A stretch of DNA of 64,000 bases from Verrucomicrobiota bacterium (GTDB lineage: Bacteria > Verrucomicrobiota > Verrucomicrobiia > Limisphaerales > Palsa-1400): positions 96,001 to 160,000 of the forward strand of contig JBEKYR010000006.1 of NCBI GenBank assembly GCA_049510745.1. The letters are read 5' to 3'. Below are positions 27,741 to 37,170 of the stretch, one piece after another. The notes below the pieces were generated by a model that was not told the origin of the DNA, did no database searches, and saw only the letters and a program-made list of their open reading frames with translations. Position 1 is the first letter of the stretch, and each line of letters starts with the position of its first letter. A program made the translations under genes and the position numbers.

Positions 27741-27807
27741 AGAGATTTTATTGATACGCTTTTACCACTTTGGCCCGCCAACGCAACATGTTTCACCGAC
27801 ACATAGT

Positions 27808-29007
27808 TCACCGATTTCCCAACTGGCTATGCTCGTCCCGTTCCCAAAACTTGAGGTCGTCGGCGCAGCCCAGCGAGCGCACATAGGCGCCGTTCCAGTC
27901 CGGCGGCGGACACGGGTCGGGCGGACATTTGCGGGTGGCGATGTGGTCGGCAATATAAAGGGCGGAGGCAAGCGAAAAGCCCGTCGCGCCTTCCTTTTCC
28001 GGCTGATCCAGAAAAGACACGGCGGCGACCACGTTGTCGGGCATTCCCCACAAGTCCAGCAGGTAGGCGCCGATTTGCGCCGGAGTCGCCTGGAAGGCCT
28101 GGCGCAGGCAGGGAGTCAGGGGCGATTCGGCCCGGCAGGCGGCGTCGCAGGCGGCCTGGAATTGGTCCGGGAAGTTGTCAATAAGAATCAGGCGGCCCGT
28201 CTCGTGCAGCAGGCCGGCCAGGAAGGCCTCATCGCCGGTGGCGCGCGGCAGCCCTTGTTCGCGGCAATAAGCCTGCGCCAGCCCGGCCGTTTCCCAGCAA
28301 TGGTTCCAGAGGCGCGGCAGGTCCAGGGCCGGATGGGTGTTGGAGTCGAAGTGTTTGAAGAGCGTTTGGGCCAGGACCACGGCGGCGATCATGCTGGTGC
28401 CCAGGCAGAGCACCGCCTCCGCCGGACTGGTCACCAGATAATCGCGCCCAAAGAGAGGCGAATTGGCCAATTGCAGCACTTTGGCCGAGAGGCCGGCGTC
28501 CTGGGCCACCATCTGGCCAATGGCCGCGCTGGCGCCGCGGCTGTCCTCCAGCTCCGCCAGCAAGGAATGAAGCACCTGCGGCAGCGAGGGCAGCGAGCGG
28601 AGCGCCGTCACGACCGTTTTCAATCCGCTGTCGGCCATCCGCTCCTGGGCGGCAAAGGTCCGCCGCAACAACTCTTTGAGTTTTATCGCGTCAAATGGCT
28701 TGGCCACGTACTGGTGGGCGGAGGTGATCACCGTCAGTTTGTCCAGCGCGACAAAGCCGGACATGATGATGCGCAGCGTGCCCGGCGCGGCCCGGCGCAC
28801 CTCTTCGAGCAATTCGCCGCCCTGCATGTCCGGCATGAGATGGTCGGACAGGATCAAATCCGGCGGGCGGGCCTTGACCGCGGCCAGGGCCGGGCGGGGA
28901 TGGGTGAAGCCGGTCACCTCCGCCCCCGGCGCCAGCGAGCGCACCACCAGGACGGCGGTTTCCAGCACCTCCGGCTGATCGTCAACGATATAAATAGTTC
29001 TCTTCAT
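27808..29007 (-). CDS. Receiver + HDOD domain protein
   Basis: IYIVDD..DLILSD..MP; LPSLP, KVLQLANS, AGLLHETG. Confidence 0.9.
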   Translation of the reverse strand: MKRTIYIVDDQPEVLETAVLVVRSLAPGAEVTGFTHPRPALAAVKARPPDLILSDHLMPDMQGGELLEEVRRAAPGTLRIIMSGFVALDKLTVITSAHQYVAKPFDAIKLKELLRRTFAAQERMADSGLKTVVTALRSLPSLPQVLHSLLAELEDSRGASAAIGQMVAQDAGLSAKVLQLANSPLFGRDYLVTSPAEAVLCLGTSMIAAVVLAQTLFKHFDSNTHPALDLPRLWNHCWETAGLAQAYCREQGLPRATGDEAFLAGLLHETGRLILIDNFPDQFQAACDAACRAESPLTPCLRQAFQATPAQIGAYLLDLWGMPDNVVAAVSFLDQPEKEGATGFSLASALYIADHIATRKCPPDPCPPPDWNGAYVRSLGCADDLKFWERDEHSQLGNR

Positions 29008-29210
29008 TCTTGCCGGGCAAGGCGGGCAGTATGTCCTGTCCAACGCCGCTTTAGAAGCGCAATCCGCCGGAAATCGTCACGAGGCAGGACGCCGGCGTTG
29101 GCGCAAAATCAACGGGCCTGCCGGACGCGCAGACGCACGGGGCGGAGGGGATGGGCTTGCGTTGCGGCATGAATTGGCTTTATGCTGTGCCTCGCCTTGA
29201 GGCGAATGCC

Positions 29211-30875
29211 GTGAAGATCATTGAGTATCTCAATCAAAGGTCCCGCACCACACTGGTTTTAATCGGCCTGGTGCTGGTGGTCTATATCGGCGAGTTGGAT
29301 TACGTGTCGGGGCCGATGGTCGCGTTGATGGTGTTTTATCTCATCCCGATTTGCTTTGTCGCCTGGTTCGCGGGACGCCGGCCCGGCCTCTTCATCGCCC
29401 TGGTGGCCGCCGCCATCTGGTTCGGGGCCAAATACCTGGATCCCGGATCAATTGACAACCATCCGCTGCTGCTCTGGAATACGGTGCAACGGCTGGGGGC
29501 GTTTGCCCTTTCGGCGGTCCTGACCACCGAAGTGGCCGAGCGCAAGCGGGTGGAGCAGGCCTTGCGGCGGGCGCAGGAGGGTCTGGAACTGCGCGTGCGC
29601 GAGCGCACCCAGGAACTGGCGCGCGCCAACGAAACGTTGCAGAAAGAGGTGCTGGAACGCACCGAGGCGCAAATGCAATCGCGGCTGCTCAACGACACCC
29701 TGGAGCAGCGGGTGGCCGAGCGCAGCGCCGCCGCCGAGCAGCGCGCGCAAGAACTGGCCCGCTCCGAGGCCGCGTTGCGGCAGCAGACCAGCATTCTCCA
29801 ATCCATTTTGAACAGCATGGGTGACGGCGTGATCGTGGCCGACGCCCAAGGGAAAATCCTCCTGTTCAATCCCGCCGCCGGGCGGCTCATTCAGGCGGGG
29901 CTGGGAACGACGGCTCCGGGCGAAACCAGCGACCGTTTCCAGACTTATTTGCCCGACACCCTGAGGACGTATCCGACCTACGAACACCCGTTGGTGCGGG
30001 CCATCCGCGGCGAGGTCATTGACGGGGCGGAAATCTTTTTGCGGCGCTCGGATTCCTCGGAAGGGTTGTGGTTGAGCGCGACGGGCCGTCCCCTGGTCGA
30101 TGAGCACGGGCGCATCCAGGGCGGGGTGGTGGTCTATACGGACATGAGCACGCGCAAGCTGATGGAGAAGCAAGTGGCGGAGATCAGCGACCGGGAACAG
30201 CGCCGCATCGGGCAGGATTTGCATGACAGCCTCTGCCAGCACCTGGTCAGCATCGGCTTTGCGGCGGAATTGTTGCGCGAGAAGCTGGAGCGCCACAAAA
30301 TGCCCGAGGCGGCCCAGGCGGAAGTCATCGCCGAAATGGTCAACGAAGGCATTTCCCAGGCCCGCCATCTGGCCCGCGGGCTTTATCCGGTGCGGCTGGA
30401 ACTGGACGGCCTGGCCTCCGCGTTGGAGGAACTGGCCGAAACGGTCCAGGCCCGCGGCAATGTCGCCTGCCATTTCTCCGGCGAGGAGCAGGTTCTTATT
30501 TACGACGAAGTGGCGGGGAACAACTTGTACCGCATCGCGCAGGAAGCCATCAACAACGCGATCAAACACGGGCATTGCCGCAACATCTCCGTGGGGTTGG
30601 GCGCGGTGGACGATGAAGTGATCCTGACGGTCAAAGACGACGGGGTGGGGTTCGCGGGCGTGCCGGAATCCAGCACCGGCATGGGCCTCCATATCATGAA
30701 CTACCGGGCCAAGATGATCGGCGCGTCGCTGGACATTCGCCGCGGAGCGGGCGGCGGAACCATCGTGCTTTGTTCCTTTCATAATGAGCGCGTGCCGGGC
30801 AAAGGAGCCGGCCCGGCGCCCCGGGCGGAACCCCTGCCCGCGCCGAAACCGACGTTGCTGGGTTCGGCTTCCTGA
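29211..30875 (+). CDS. Membrane PAS sensor histidine kinase (HisKA_3)
   Basis: EQRRIGQDLHD, RIAQEAINNAIKH, DDGVG, GMGL. Confidence 0.92.
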   Translation: MKIIEYLNQRSRTTLVLIGLVLVVYIGELDYVSGPMVALMVFYLIPICFVAWFAGRRPGLFIALVAAAIWFGAKYLDPGSIDNHPLLLWNTVQRLGAFALSAVLTTEVAERKRVEQALRRAQEGLELRVRERTQELARANETLQKEVLERTEAQMQSRLLNDTLEQRVAERSAAAEQRAQELARSEAALRQQTSILQSILNSMGDGVIVADAQGKILLFNPAAGRLIQAGLGTTAPGETSDRFQTYLPDTLRTYPTYEHPLVRAIRGEVIDGAEIFLRRSDSSEGLWLSATGRPLVDEHGRIQGGVVVYTDMSTRKLMEKQVAEISDREQRRIGQDLHDSLCQHLVSIGFAAELLREKLERHKMPEAAQAEVIAEMVNEGISQARHLARGLYPVRLELDGLASALEELAETVQARGNVACHFSGEEQVLIYDEVAGNNLYRIAQEAINNAIKHGHCRNISVGLGAVDDEVILTVKDDGVGFAGVPESSTGMGLHIMNYRAKMIGASLDIRRGAGGGTIVLCSFHNERVPGKGAGPAPRAEPLPAPKPTLLGSAS

Positions 30876-30925
30876 ACGGCAATTAATTTGTTCCATTATT
30901 GGCCGCCACTTGGTAAATAGAAAAC

Positions 30926-31606
30926 ATGTCCGCGCACGTTAAAGCTGAACCGGCAAAGCACAAAGTCTTCCTGGTCGATGATCATCCCCTGGTGCGCGAA
31001 TGGCTGACGCAGTTGATCCAGCGCGAAAGTGACTTGACTGTCTGCGGGGAAGCGGAGGACACGCAGGACGCGCTGGAAGGGATAGAAGAAAGCAAGCCGG
31101 ACATTGTCATTGCGGATATTTCCCTCAAGAGCACGCATGGACTGGAGTTGGTCAAAGACTTGCAGGCGCGGCATCCGGCCCTGCCGGTGCTGGTGCTCTC
31201 GATGCACGATGAATCCCTTTACGCCGAGCGCGTCTTGCGCGCGGGGGCCAAGGGTTACATTACCAAGCAGGAGGCGACCAAGAAGATTCTCATGGCCATT
31301 CGCCAGGTCATCGCCGGCCAAATCTACATCAGCGAGAAGATGGCCTCGCGCATGGTGCATAAAATGGTCCTGGGCCGCGCCGAGGACCAGAAGTCTCCCA
31401 TCGAGCGCCTGACGGACCGGGAACTGGAGGTCTTTCAACTCATTGGCCGCGGCCAGGGCACCCGGCGCATTGCGGCGGAGTTGCATCTGGGCATTAAAAC
31501 GGTCGAATCCTATCGCGCCCGCATCAAAGAAAAACTCAAGCTGGAGGACGGCACCCAATTGCTCCAACACGCCATCCAGTGGGTCCACAGTTTGCAGGAC
31601 CGTTAA
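30926..31606 (+). CDS. NarL/LuxR response regulator
   Basis: LVDDHP receiver; LTDRELEVF...TVESYR HTH. Confidence 0.95.
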   Translation: MSAHVKAEPAKHKVFLVDDHPLVREWLTQLIQRESDLTVCGEAEDTQDALEGIEESKPDIVIADISLKSTHGLELVKDLQARHPALPVLVLSMHDESLYAERVLRAGAKGYITKQEATKKILMAIRQVIAGQIYISEKMASRMVHKMVLGRAEDQKSPIERLTDRELEVFQLIGRGQGTRRIAAELHLGIKTVESYRARIKEKLKLEDGTQLLQHAIQWVHSLQDR

Positions 31607-34278
31607 TGCGATTGTTTCCGGCGTCGTTTGATCTCCGGTCCTTTGGCTGGCGGGAGTATTCCCGCCTGCTATTGGCTCTGTGCCTGCTCGGGGCGATGGC
31701 CTGGCTTTGCTGGAAGGGCGCGCGGGACCCGGCGATTCCTTTGCTGCCCCGGGGTCCGGCCGCTTGGATTGTCTATCCGTCCCCGCCCCAGGCCGGGATC
31801 AATCCGTGCCGCGAGGTGCCGGCTGATTTCGTGCGTCAATTCGTCCTGGCCGCCCCGCCCGCGCGGGCCGGACTTTCGTGGCGGGCCTTCCGCCGATCCG
31901 GGCTTTCCATCAATGGGGTCGCCCTGCCGCAGACCGCGCAACCGGGCGGGAATTGGAAAGACGTTTCCCGGATCAATGCGGCCCCGTATCTCCGCGCCGG
32001 AACCAATACTGTTGCCGCGACGGTCTGGAACGACAACGGCCCTCCCGCTTTAAGCCTCCGCCTGGAGATCGATGGCGCGCCGGTGGAAACGGACGAAGGT
32101 TGGAGCGTTTCCGTGGCAGGCTCTCTGTGGCATCCGGCCCGGCTGGCCTCGGCCACCGCGAAGTTTGGCGAGGGCAACCAGCTTCACGGTCTGGAAGAAA
32201 CCGGCCCCGCCCTGCGTGAAAGCTGGCCCCGGCTCTGTCTCTTTCTTCTTGTCGCCATTCTGCTGGCAGCCGGTCTGGAGTATGGGTTGGGACGGGCCGC
32301 GGGCGCCTCCGAACTCTGTTTTTGGCGCGGGCTTGCCCTTGGTCTGGCGGCGGTCTGGGTGCTGTTGTTCCTGCACAACGCGCCCCTGCTGGCGCGTCGC
32401 AGCGGCTTCGACGCTTCCGACCACCTCAAATACATCACCTATATTCAAGAGCACAGGGCGCTGCCCTCGCCGAAACAGGGATGGGAAATGTTTCAAGCCC
32501 CGCTCTATTATGTGTTGTCCGCCTGTCTGCTCGGCGTTTGCCATTGGCCGGCTTCACAGCCGGCGGGAATCCTGCTCCTGCGCGGGATGAGCGCGCTCGT
32601 CGGCGCCGTCAATGTCGCGCTGATTTTCGCCAGCCTGCGGCTGATCTTTCCCGGGCAATGGAAGAAACAGATGGCCGGGACGCTGCTGGCGGCATTTTTG
32701 CCGGCGCAAATTTGCCTTCTGCATTACACCACCAACGAGACGCTTGCGGCGACGCTGATGAGCGCGGCGTTTTATCTTTGTTTGCGCATTCTGCGCCGTC
32801 CGCCGCCCTCGGCGGCTCTTCATGCCGGATTGGGCTGCCTCCTCGGCCTGGCGCTGCTGGCCAAGGCCTCGGCGGTCGTTTTCCTGCCGGCTATTTTTGC
32901 GGCGCTGGCGGTAAAGCTGATTCTGGAGCGCCAGACCGCTCCGGGCCTCTGGGTGCGGAGCGCCGGCCTGGCCGGCTTGTGCCTGCTGCTGGTGGCGGGC
33001 TGGCGCTATGCGGAGGTGTGGCGGGATTTTGGCAACCCGCTCGCCGGCAATTGGGACGCGCGCGTCGTTTCTCCGTGGTGGCAGCCGCCGGGCTATCACA
33101 CCGCCGGCTATTTTTTCTCCTTTGGCCAGGCGCTGACCGCGCCTCTGTTCAGCGGGTTTCACAGTTTTTGGGATTGCTTCTACACCACTCTCTGGGGGGA
33201 CGGCCTGGCTGGGGGCCGGGTGACAACGGCGAGTCTGCCGCCGTGGAATTATCCCTTGATGGAGGCCGGTTTTCTCCTGGCTCTCGTGCCCTCGGCGTTG
33301 GTGTTGACAGGGCTGGCCGCCGCCGTGGGGCGATGCTTGCGGGAGCCGGACCTGGCGTTCCTCGTGCTGGTGGGCGCGGCCGGCTCCGCCCTCTTTGCCA
33401 TTCTCTTCATGAGCCTGAAATTGGCGTTCTATTCCCAAAGCAAATGTTTTTACGGATTGCCGGCGTTGCTTCCGCTTTGTGTTTGCGGCGTTCTGGGACT
33501 GGATTCTTGGGGGCGGCGCGGCCGGGGGGCGCGCGCTGTTTTGGGTGTGGCGCTTTTGCTGTGGCTCTGCAACGTCTATGCCTCCTTTTGGATCCGTCCG
33601 GGGTCCCTGCAAACCGAATTGTCCGCCGCCGCCGCCGAATTCTCTTACGGGGATGATGACCAGGCAACCCGGCGGGCGGTGGACCGGGTGTTGCGCACGG
33701 ACCCGGCCAATGAAACCGGGTTGATCATTGATGCCGTCCTCCATGGCCGGCGGGACGGCCCTGGGGCGGCGGCGGAGCGTTTGCGGCGGGCTTTGCGACC
33801 AGACCCGTGCAGCGGCGAAATCACGAAATACCTCGCGCCGTACATGCGCGACCTGGGCCAAACCAACGAGGCGCTGGCCCTGGCCGAACGCGCCTTTGCG
33901 CTCGAGCCGGAGAATGTCCAGGCTGCCCGGCAGGCCTGCGATCTGGCGATGGACCTGGGGAAGAACCAGGAGGCACTCGAAGCCGGCCGGGCGGCGCTGG
34001 GGCTGGACCCAGGCGAACCGGCGCTGCATTTCAATGTGGGCTGCGCCTGGGCCAATCTCCATCATCCGGCCGAGGCCATCCGGCAATTCCGGATGTTGCT
34101 GGCGCTCCCACCGCCCCCGGCGATGGAGGCGCAAGCCCATTTCTATCTGGGCCGATTGCTGGCAGGCGAACCGGGGGGAAAAGCGGAGGCGCTTTCCCAT
34201 TTCCAGGCCGCGCTCCGCCTGGACCCGGCCAACGCCGCCTGCCGCCAGGCCCTCGATAAGTTGCGCCCAGGCCCTTAG
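31606..34278 (+). CDS. GT-C (ArnT/PMT-like) membrane glycosyltransferase with C-terminal TPRs
   Basis: GFDASDH..YI, EMFQAPLYY, many TM helices, TPR repeats. Confidence 0.7.
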   Translation: MRLFPASFDLRSFGWREYSRLLLALCLLGAMAWLCWKGARDPAIPLLPRGPAAWIVYPSPPQAGINPCREVPADFVRQFVLAAPPARAGLSWRAFRRSGLSINGVALPQTAQPGGNWKDVSRINAAPYLRAGTNTVAATVWNDNGPPALSLRLEIDGAPVETDEGWSVSVAGSLWHPARLASATAKFGEGNQLHGLEETGPALRESWPRLCLFLLVAILLAAGLEYGLGRAAGASELCFWRGLALGLAAVWVLLFLHNAPLLARRSGFDASDHLKYITYIQEHRALPSPKQGWEMFQAPLYYVLSACLLGVCHWPASQPAGILLLRGMSALVGAVNVALIFASLRLIFPGQWKKQMAGTLLAAFLPAQICLLHYTTNETLAATLMSAAFYLCLRILRRPPPSAALHAGLGCLLGLALLAKASAVVFLPAIFAALAVKLILERQTAPGLWVRSAGLAGLCLLLVAGWRYAEVWRDFGNPLAGNWDARVVSPWWQPPGYHTAGYFFSFGQALTAPLFSGFHSFWDCFYTTLWGDGLAGGRVTTASLPPWNYPLMEAGFLLALVPSALVLTGLAAAVGRCLREPDLAFLVLVGAAGSALFAILFMSLKLAFYSQSKCFYGLPALLPLCVCGVLGLDSWGRRGRGARAVLGVALLLWLCNVYASFWIRPGSLQTELSAAAAEFSYGDDDQATRRAVDRVLRTDPANETGLIIDAVLHGRRDGPGAAAERLRRALRPDPCSGEITKYLAPYMRDLGQTNEALALAERAFALEPENVQAARQACDLAMDLGKNQEALEAGRAALGLDPGEPALHFNVGCAWANLHHPAEAIRQFRMLLALPPPPAMEAQAHFYLGRLLAGEPGGKAEALSHFQAALRLDPANAACRQALDKLRPGP

Positions 34279-34320
34279 CCGTATCCATGTAGTTGAATAA
34301 CGGTAGCGCGACCGTCGGAA

Positions 34321-35108
34321 TGTCCTCACCGCATAGGTGACACTTTGAGGAAGGTGCCCCGCTGCGCGGCGGAGCGGAGGCGAGCGTAGCGAGCCGTAGC
34401 GCAGCCGCGCAGCGGAGTCGGGCGACGGCGTCTTATTCCTTCGTTTTTGTGCGGTAAACGATGGCGCGAATACCTCCGCCGTCCGCATCGTGAAGCTCTC
34501 CCGCCAGGCACGGTCCAAAATACACTTCCCACTTGGCTGGCTGGATCCGTTTTAATCCGATCCGCTCTCGGCCAAAAGCATGTCCGACAAATCGGCTCCG
34601 GCCTTGCAGAAAAATCATGCCGTTGTTTTTGACGAGCCGGCTTTTCCATTCTGCCGGGTAGACCCAGGGCTTCAAACGCCCCGGCTGCCGACGCTTGCTT
34701 TTTCGGTAATGGTCCCCCGGCAGGCCCATGCCCAAAGCTTCGTGCGGGCGCTTATAATTATACTCCCGGCACCATTGCCGCGTCCTTCGTTTCTGACCCC
34801 GCAGATGCTGGGCCGCCGGATGCAAAGTCTCTGCTTTGTAAACCCGATGCATTTGTTCATGGGCTCCGTTCTGTTCCGGGTGGCCTGGCTCGATAAACTC
34901 AACGCCGATGCCTAATTTGACCCACCAAGCGCTCAACCGCGTCAGGCCCAAGGCACCGATGGAGCCAAAGGGAGACCCGTTATCGGCCCGGATGACCAGA
35001 GGGAGTCCATATTTTCGAAAAATGCCTTCAAAGGCCAAACGCGCCGCCGCCACCGTTTGCTGCGGCATCAAACTAAAATTTAAAATGTAGCGACTGGCCA
35101 AATCCCGC
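34321..35108 (-). mobile_element. IS481-family element remnant (right end present, left half deleted)
   Basis: rve core RDLASRY, IRADNGSPF, PEQNGAHEQMHR in 34433-35107; terminus TGTCCTCACCGCATAGGTGACACTTT at 34321. Confidence 0.85.
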
Positions 35109-35109
35109 A

Positions 35110-35171
35110 AAAACAAGCATTGGAAAAACAAGCATTGGTCAAAACAAGCATTGGGGCAAAACAAGCATTGG
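35110..35171 (+). repeat. AAAACAAGCATTGG x4 stutter
   Basis: Four tandem imperfect copies leading into the GGGGTC repeat. Confidence 0.9.
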
Positions 35172-35193
35172 GGTCAACTTCATACATTCAACA
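35170..35193 (+). repeat. Repeat A GGGGTCAACTTCATACATTCAACA (also inverted at 36591-36614, direct at 36999-37022)
   Basis: Three exact 24-nt copies. Confidence 0.95.
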
Positions 35194-35218
35194 ATTGAGG
35201 CAGACATTGGAAGACATT

Positions 35219-35242
35219 GGGGACGTAGTTAAACATTTAACA
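35219..35242 (+). repeat. Repeat B GGGGACGTAGTTAAACATTTAACA (inverted at 36320-36343, partial at 36352-36372)
   Basis: Exact inverted copies flank the transposase. Confidence 0.95.
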
Positions 35243-35286
35243 TTCCGCTTGACGCGGGTTGCGGGCGGGGATCAAGATGGCTGGAA

Positions 35287-36333
35287 ATGGCGCGGATTCC
35301 CCGAATCGAGCGGGCGGGAGCGTGGCATCATGTCACCGCCCGCGGCAATGAACGGCGTGCGATTTATCGTGATGATCGGGACCGGCGGCATTTCTGCGAC
35401 CTGCTCGGCCAGGTGGTGGAGCTTTTCCAGTGGCGGCTGCACGTTTACGTTTTAATGGACAATCATTTTCACCTGCTGGTGGAGACGCCGGAGCCGAATC
35501 TCGGTCGGGGCATGCAGTGGCTTAACACCAGTTATAGTGTTTGGTTTAACCGCCGGCATCAGCGGGCGGGACACTTGCTGCAGGGACGCTTCAAATCCAT
35601 TGTGGTCGATCCTTCCGGGTGGGGCTTGGAGTTGAGCCGCTACATCCATTTGAACCCGGTGCGGGTGGGAAGGCATGGGTTGAGCAAATCGGACCGGCAA
35701 GCGGACCGGGCGGGAGGGGGCGCCAAACCGACGGCTCAGGCGGTCAAAGGCCGCCTGGCTGAATTGCGCGGCTACCGGTGGAGTTCGTACCGTGCGTATA
35801 TCGGCTTGGCCTCGCCGCCCCTCTGGCTGGAACGGGAGAGGATTCTCCAGTTGGGCGGAGGCCGCGGGCAAGAGGCCGCCGTCCGCTATCGCCAGCACGT
35901 CGAGGAAGCGGTCCGGCAAGGGCTGGCGGTCAACCCGTGGCAGGCACTGCGCGACCGAACGCTGCTGGGAGGGGTGGACTTCGCGCGCCAACTGGCACGG
36001 GGGATCGGCCTTGGGAAAGGAGAAACGGCCAAGGCGGGAAGGCTGGCCAGGCCAACGGTGGCGCAAATCATCAGCGTGGTGGAAGCGGTGAAAGGGGAGA
36101 AATGGGAAAGCTTTCGAGACCGGCATGGAGATTGGGGCCGTGACGTGGTGTTCCACCTCGGACGCAAAGACTGGGCTTTGAAGCTGCGAGAACTGGGCGC
36201 GGCGGCCGGCGGGGTGGACGACGTTGCCGTCAGCATGGCTGCAAGACGAATCGCCAAGAGGGCAACGAATGACCCGGCGCTCTCCGCTGCTCTGAAGCAA
36301 AGCCGAGACAAACTACAATTGTTAAATGTTTAA
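35287..36333 (+). CDS. Y1 HUH transposase, RAYT-like, with C-terminal HTH
   Basis: HHVTARGNER, YVLMDNHFHLL (HUH), RYIHLNPVR, YRWSSY. Confidence 0.92.
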   Translation: MARIPRIERAGAWHHVTARGNERRAIYRDDRDRRHFCDLLGQVVELFQWRLHVYVLMDNHFHLLVETPEPNLGRGMQWLNTSYSVWFNRRHQRAGHLLQGRFKSIVVDPSGWGLELSRYIHLNPVRVGRHGLSKSDRQADRAGGGAKPTAQAVKGRLAELRGYRWSSYRAYIGLASPPLWLERERILQLGGGRGQEAAVRYRQHVEEAVRQGLAVNPWQALRDRTLLGGVDFARQLARGIGLGKGETAKAGRLARPTVAQIISVVEAVKGEKWESFRDRHGDWGRDVVFHLGRKDWALKLRELGAAAGGVDDVAVSMAARRIAKRATNDPALSAALKQSRDKLQLLNV

Positions 36334-36385
36334 CTACGTCCCCAATTTCCCTTAAATGTTTAACTACGTCCCGAATTTCCCTGCC

Positions 36386-36484
36386 AACTCGGCGGCGTAT
36401 TCGTATCTTGCCAATTCGCCGCTGGTGGGGCAGATTGTCTTCCAGCAAAGCGACGCGACGCGGATGACGACGAGCAAACAGTAG
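36386..36484 (+). pseudogene. Rhs/YD-repeat fragment
   Basis: NSAAYSYLANSPLVGQIVFQQSDATRMTTSKQ* resembles an Rhs core segment (recalled similarity). Confidence 0.55.
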
Positions 36485-36653
36485 AATGCTTAGATTTGAC
36501 CACAAATTTCGATTCCCATAGTGGAAACCGATGCTCTTGAAGCAAAACGCGCGGAACGCTGCATCGCTCGGCTGAACAAAATCGGCAAAATGTTGAATGT
36601 ATGAAGTTGACCCCAATTCGTTCATTTCCACGACTTGAAGTGGGAAAGATCGG

Positions 36654-36926
36654 TTGCCAATGATGACTATGGGCAAGTACGCGCTCGAATCGGTAATGTT
36701 GATAGCTTGGGTAATTCTCGCCTTAGTGTTTGCATTTAAGCTGAAGCGACCGAGGATTGTTTTTTTAGCTAATGCCGCGACAGCGGCGCTAATTGTTGTC
36801 ATCACCATGATTCGCCACGGCCCTTTGATCATGGGTGGAGTGATTCATGTATTGTGTTGCGGCTTTTATGGCATAGTGCTATTTTACCTTGTTAAGGCAG
36901 TGCGAAAGCCGAGTCCCCATTCATAG
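36654..36926 (+). CDS. Small AT-rich 3-TM orphan protein (immunity-like)
   Basis: Three hydrophobic segments; lower GC; lies between two A repeats. Confidence 0.55.
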   Translation: MPMMTMGKYALESVMLIAWVILALVFAFKLKRPRIVFLANAATAALIVVITMIRHGPLIMGGVIHVLCCGFYGIVLFYLVKAVRKPSPHS

Positions 36927-37033
36927 CGGCTGTTTGCAATTGTCGCAAGTCCTGGTGTCCTTCTCGCCGACCTGTAGCAAGCATTGGTAGCAAGCATTGG
37001 GGTCAACTTCATACATTCAACAATTGGGTTGAC

Positions 37034-37170
37034 GTGAACGGCAATGGGCCGTCGTACAGCTACACGGCGGCGGGACGGCTGGCGTCGAGGACGTGGGCGC
37101 AGGGCACGAATACAACCTATACCTACGGGACGGGGGGCGACCTCACGGCCGTGAATTATAACGACGGTTC
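37034..37170 (+). pseudogene. Rhs/YD-repeat fragment
   Basis: GPSYSYTAAGRLASRTWAQGTNTTYTYGTGGDLTAVNYNDG: two YxYxxxGxL repeats. Confidence 0.75.

Noticed and set aside
35162..37026. 36-bp direct repeat (35162 and 36991) as a CRISPR array for the Cmr genes
   Set aside because: Only two direct copies, 1.8 kb apart, plus an inverted core; no regular spacers.
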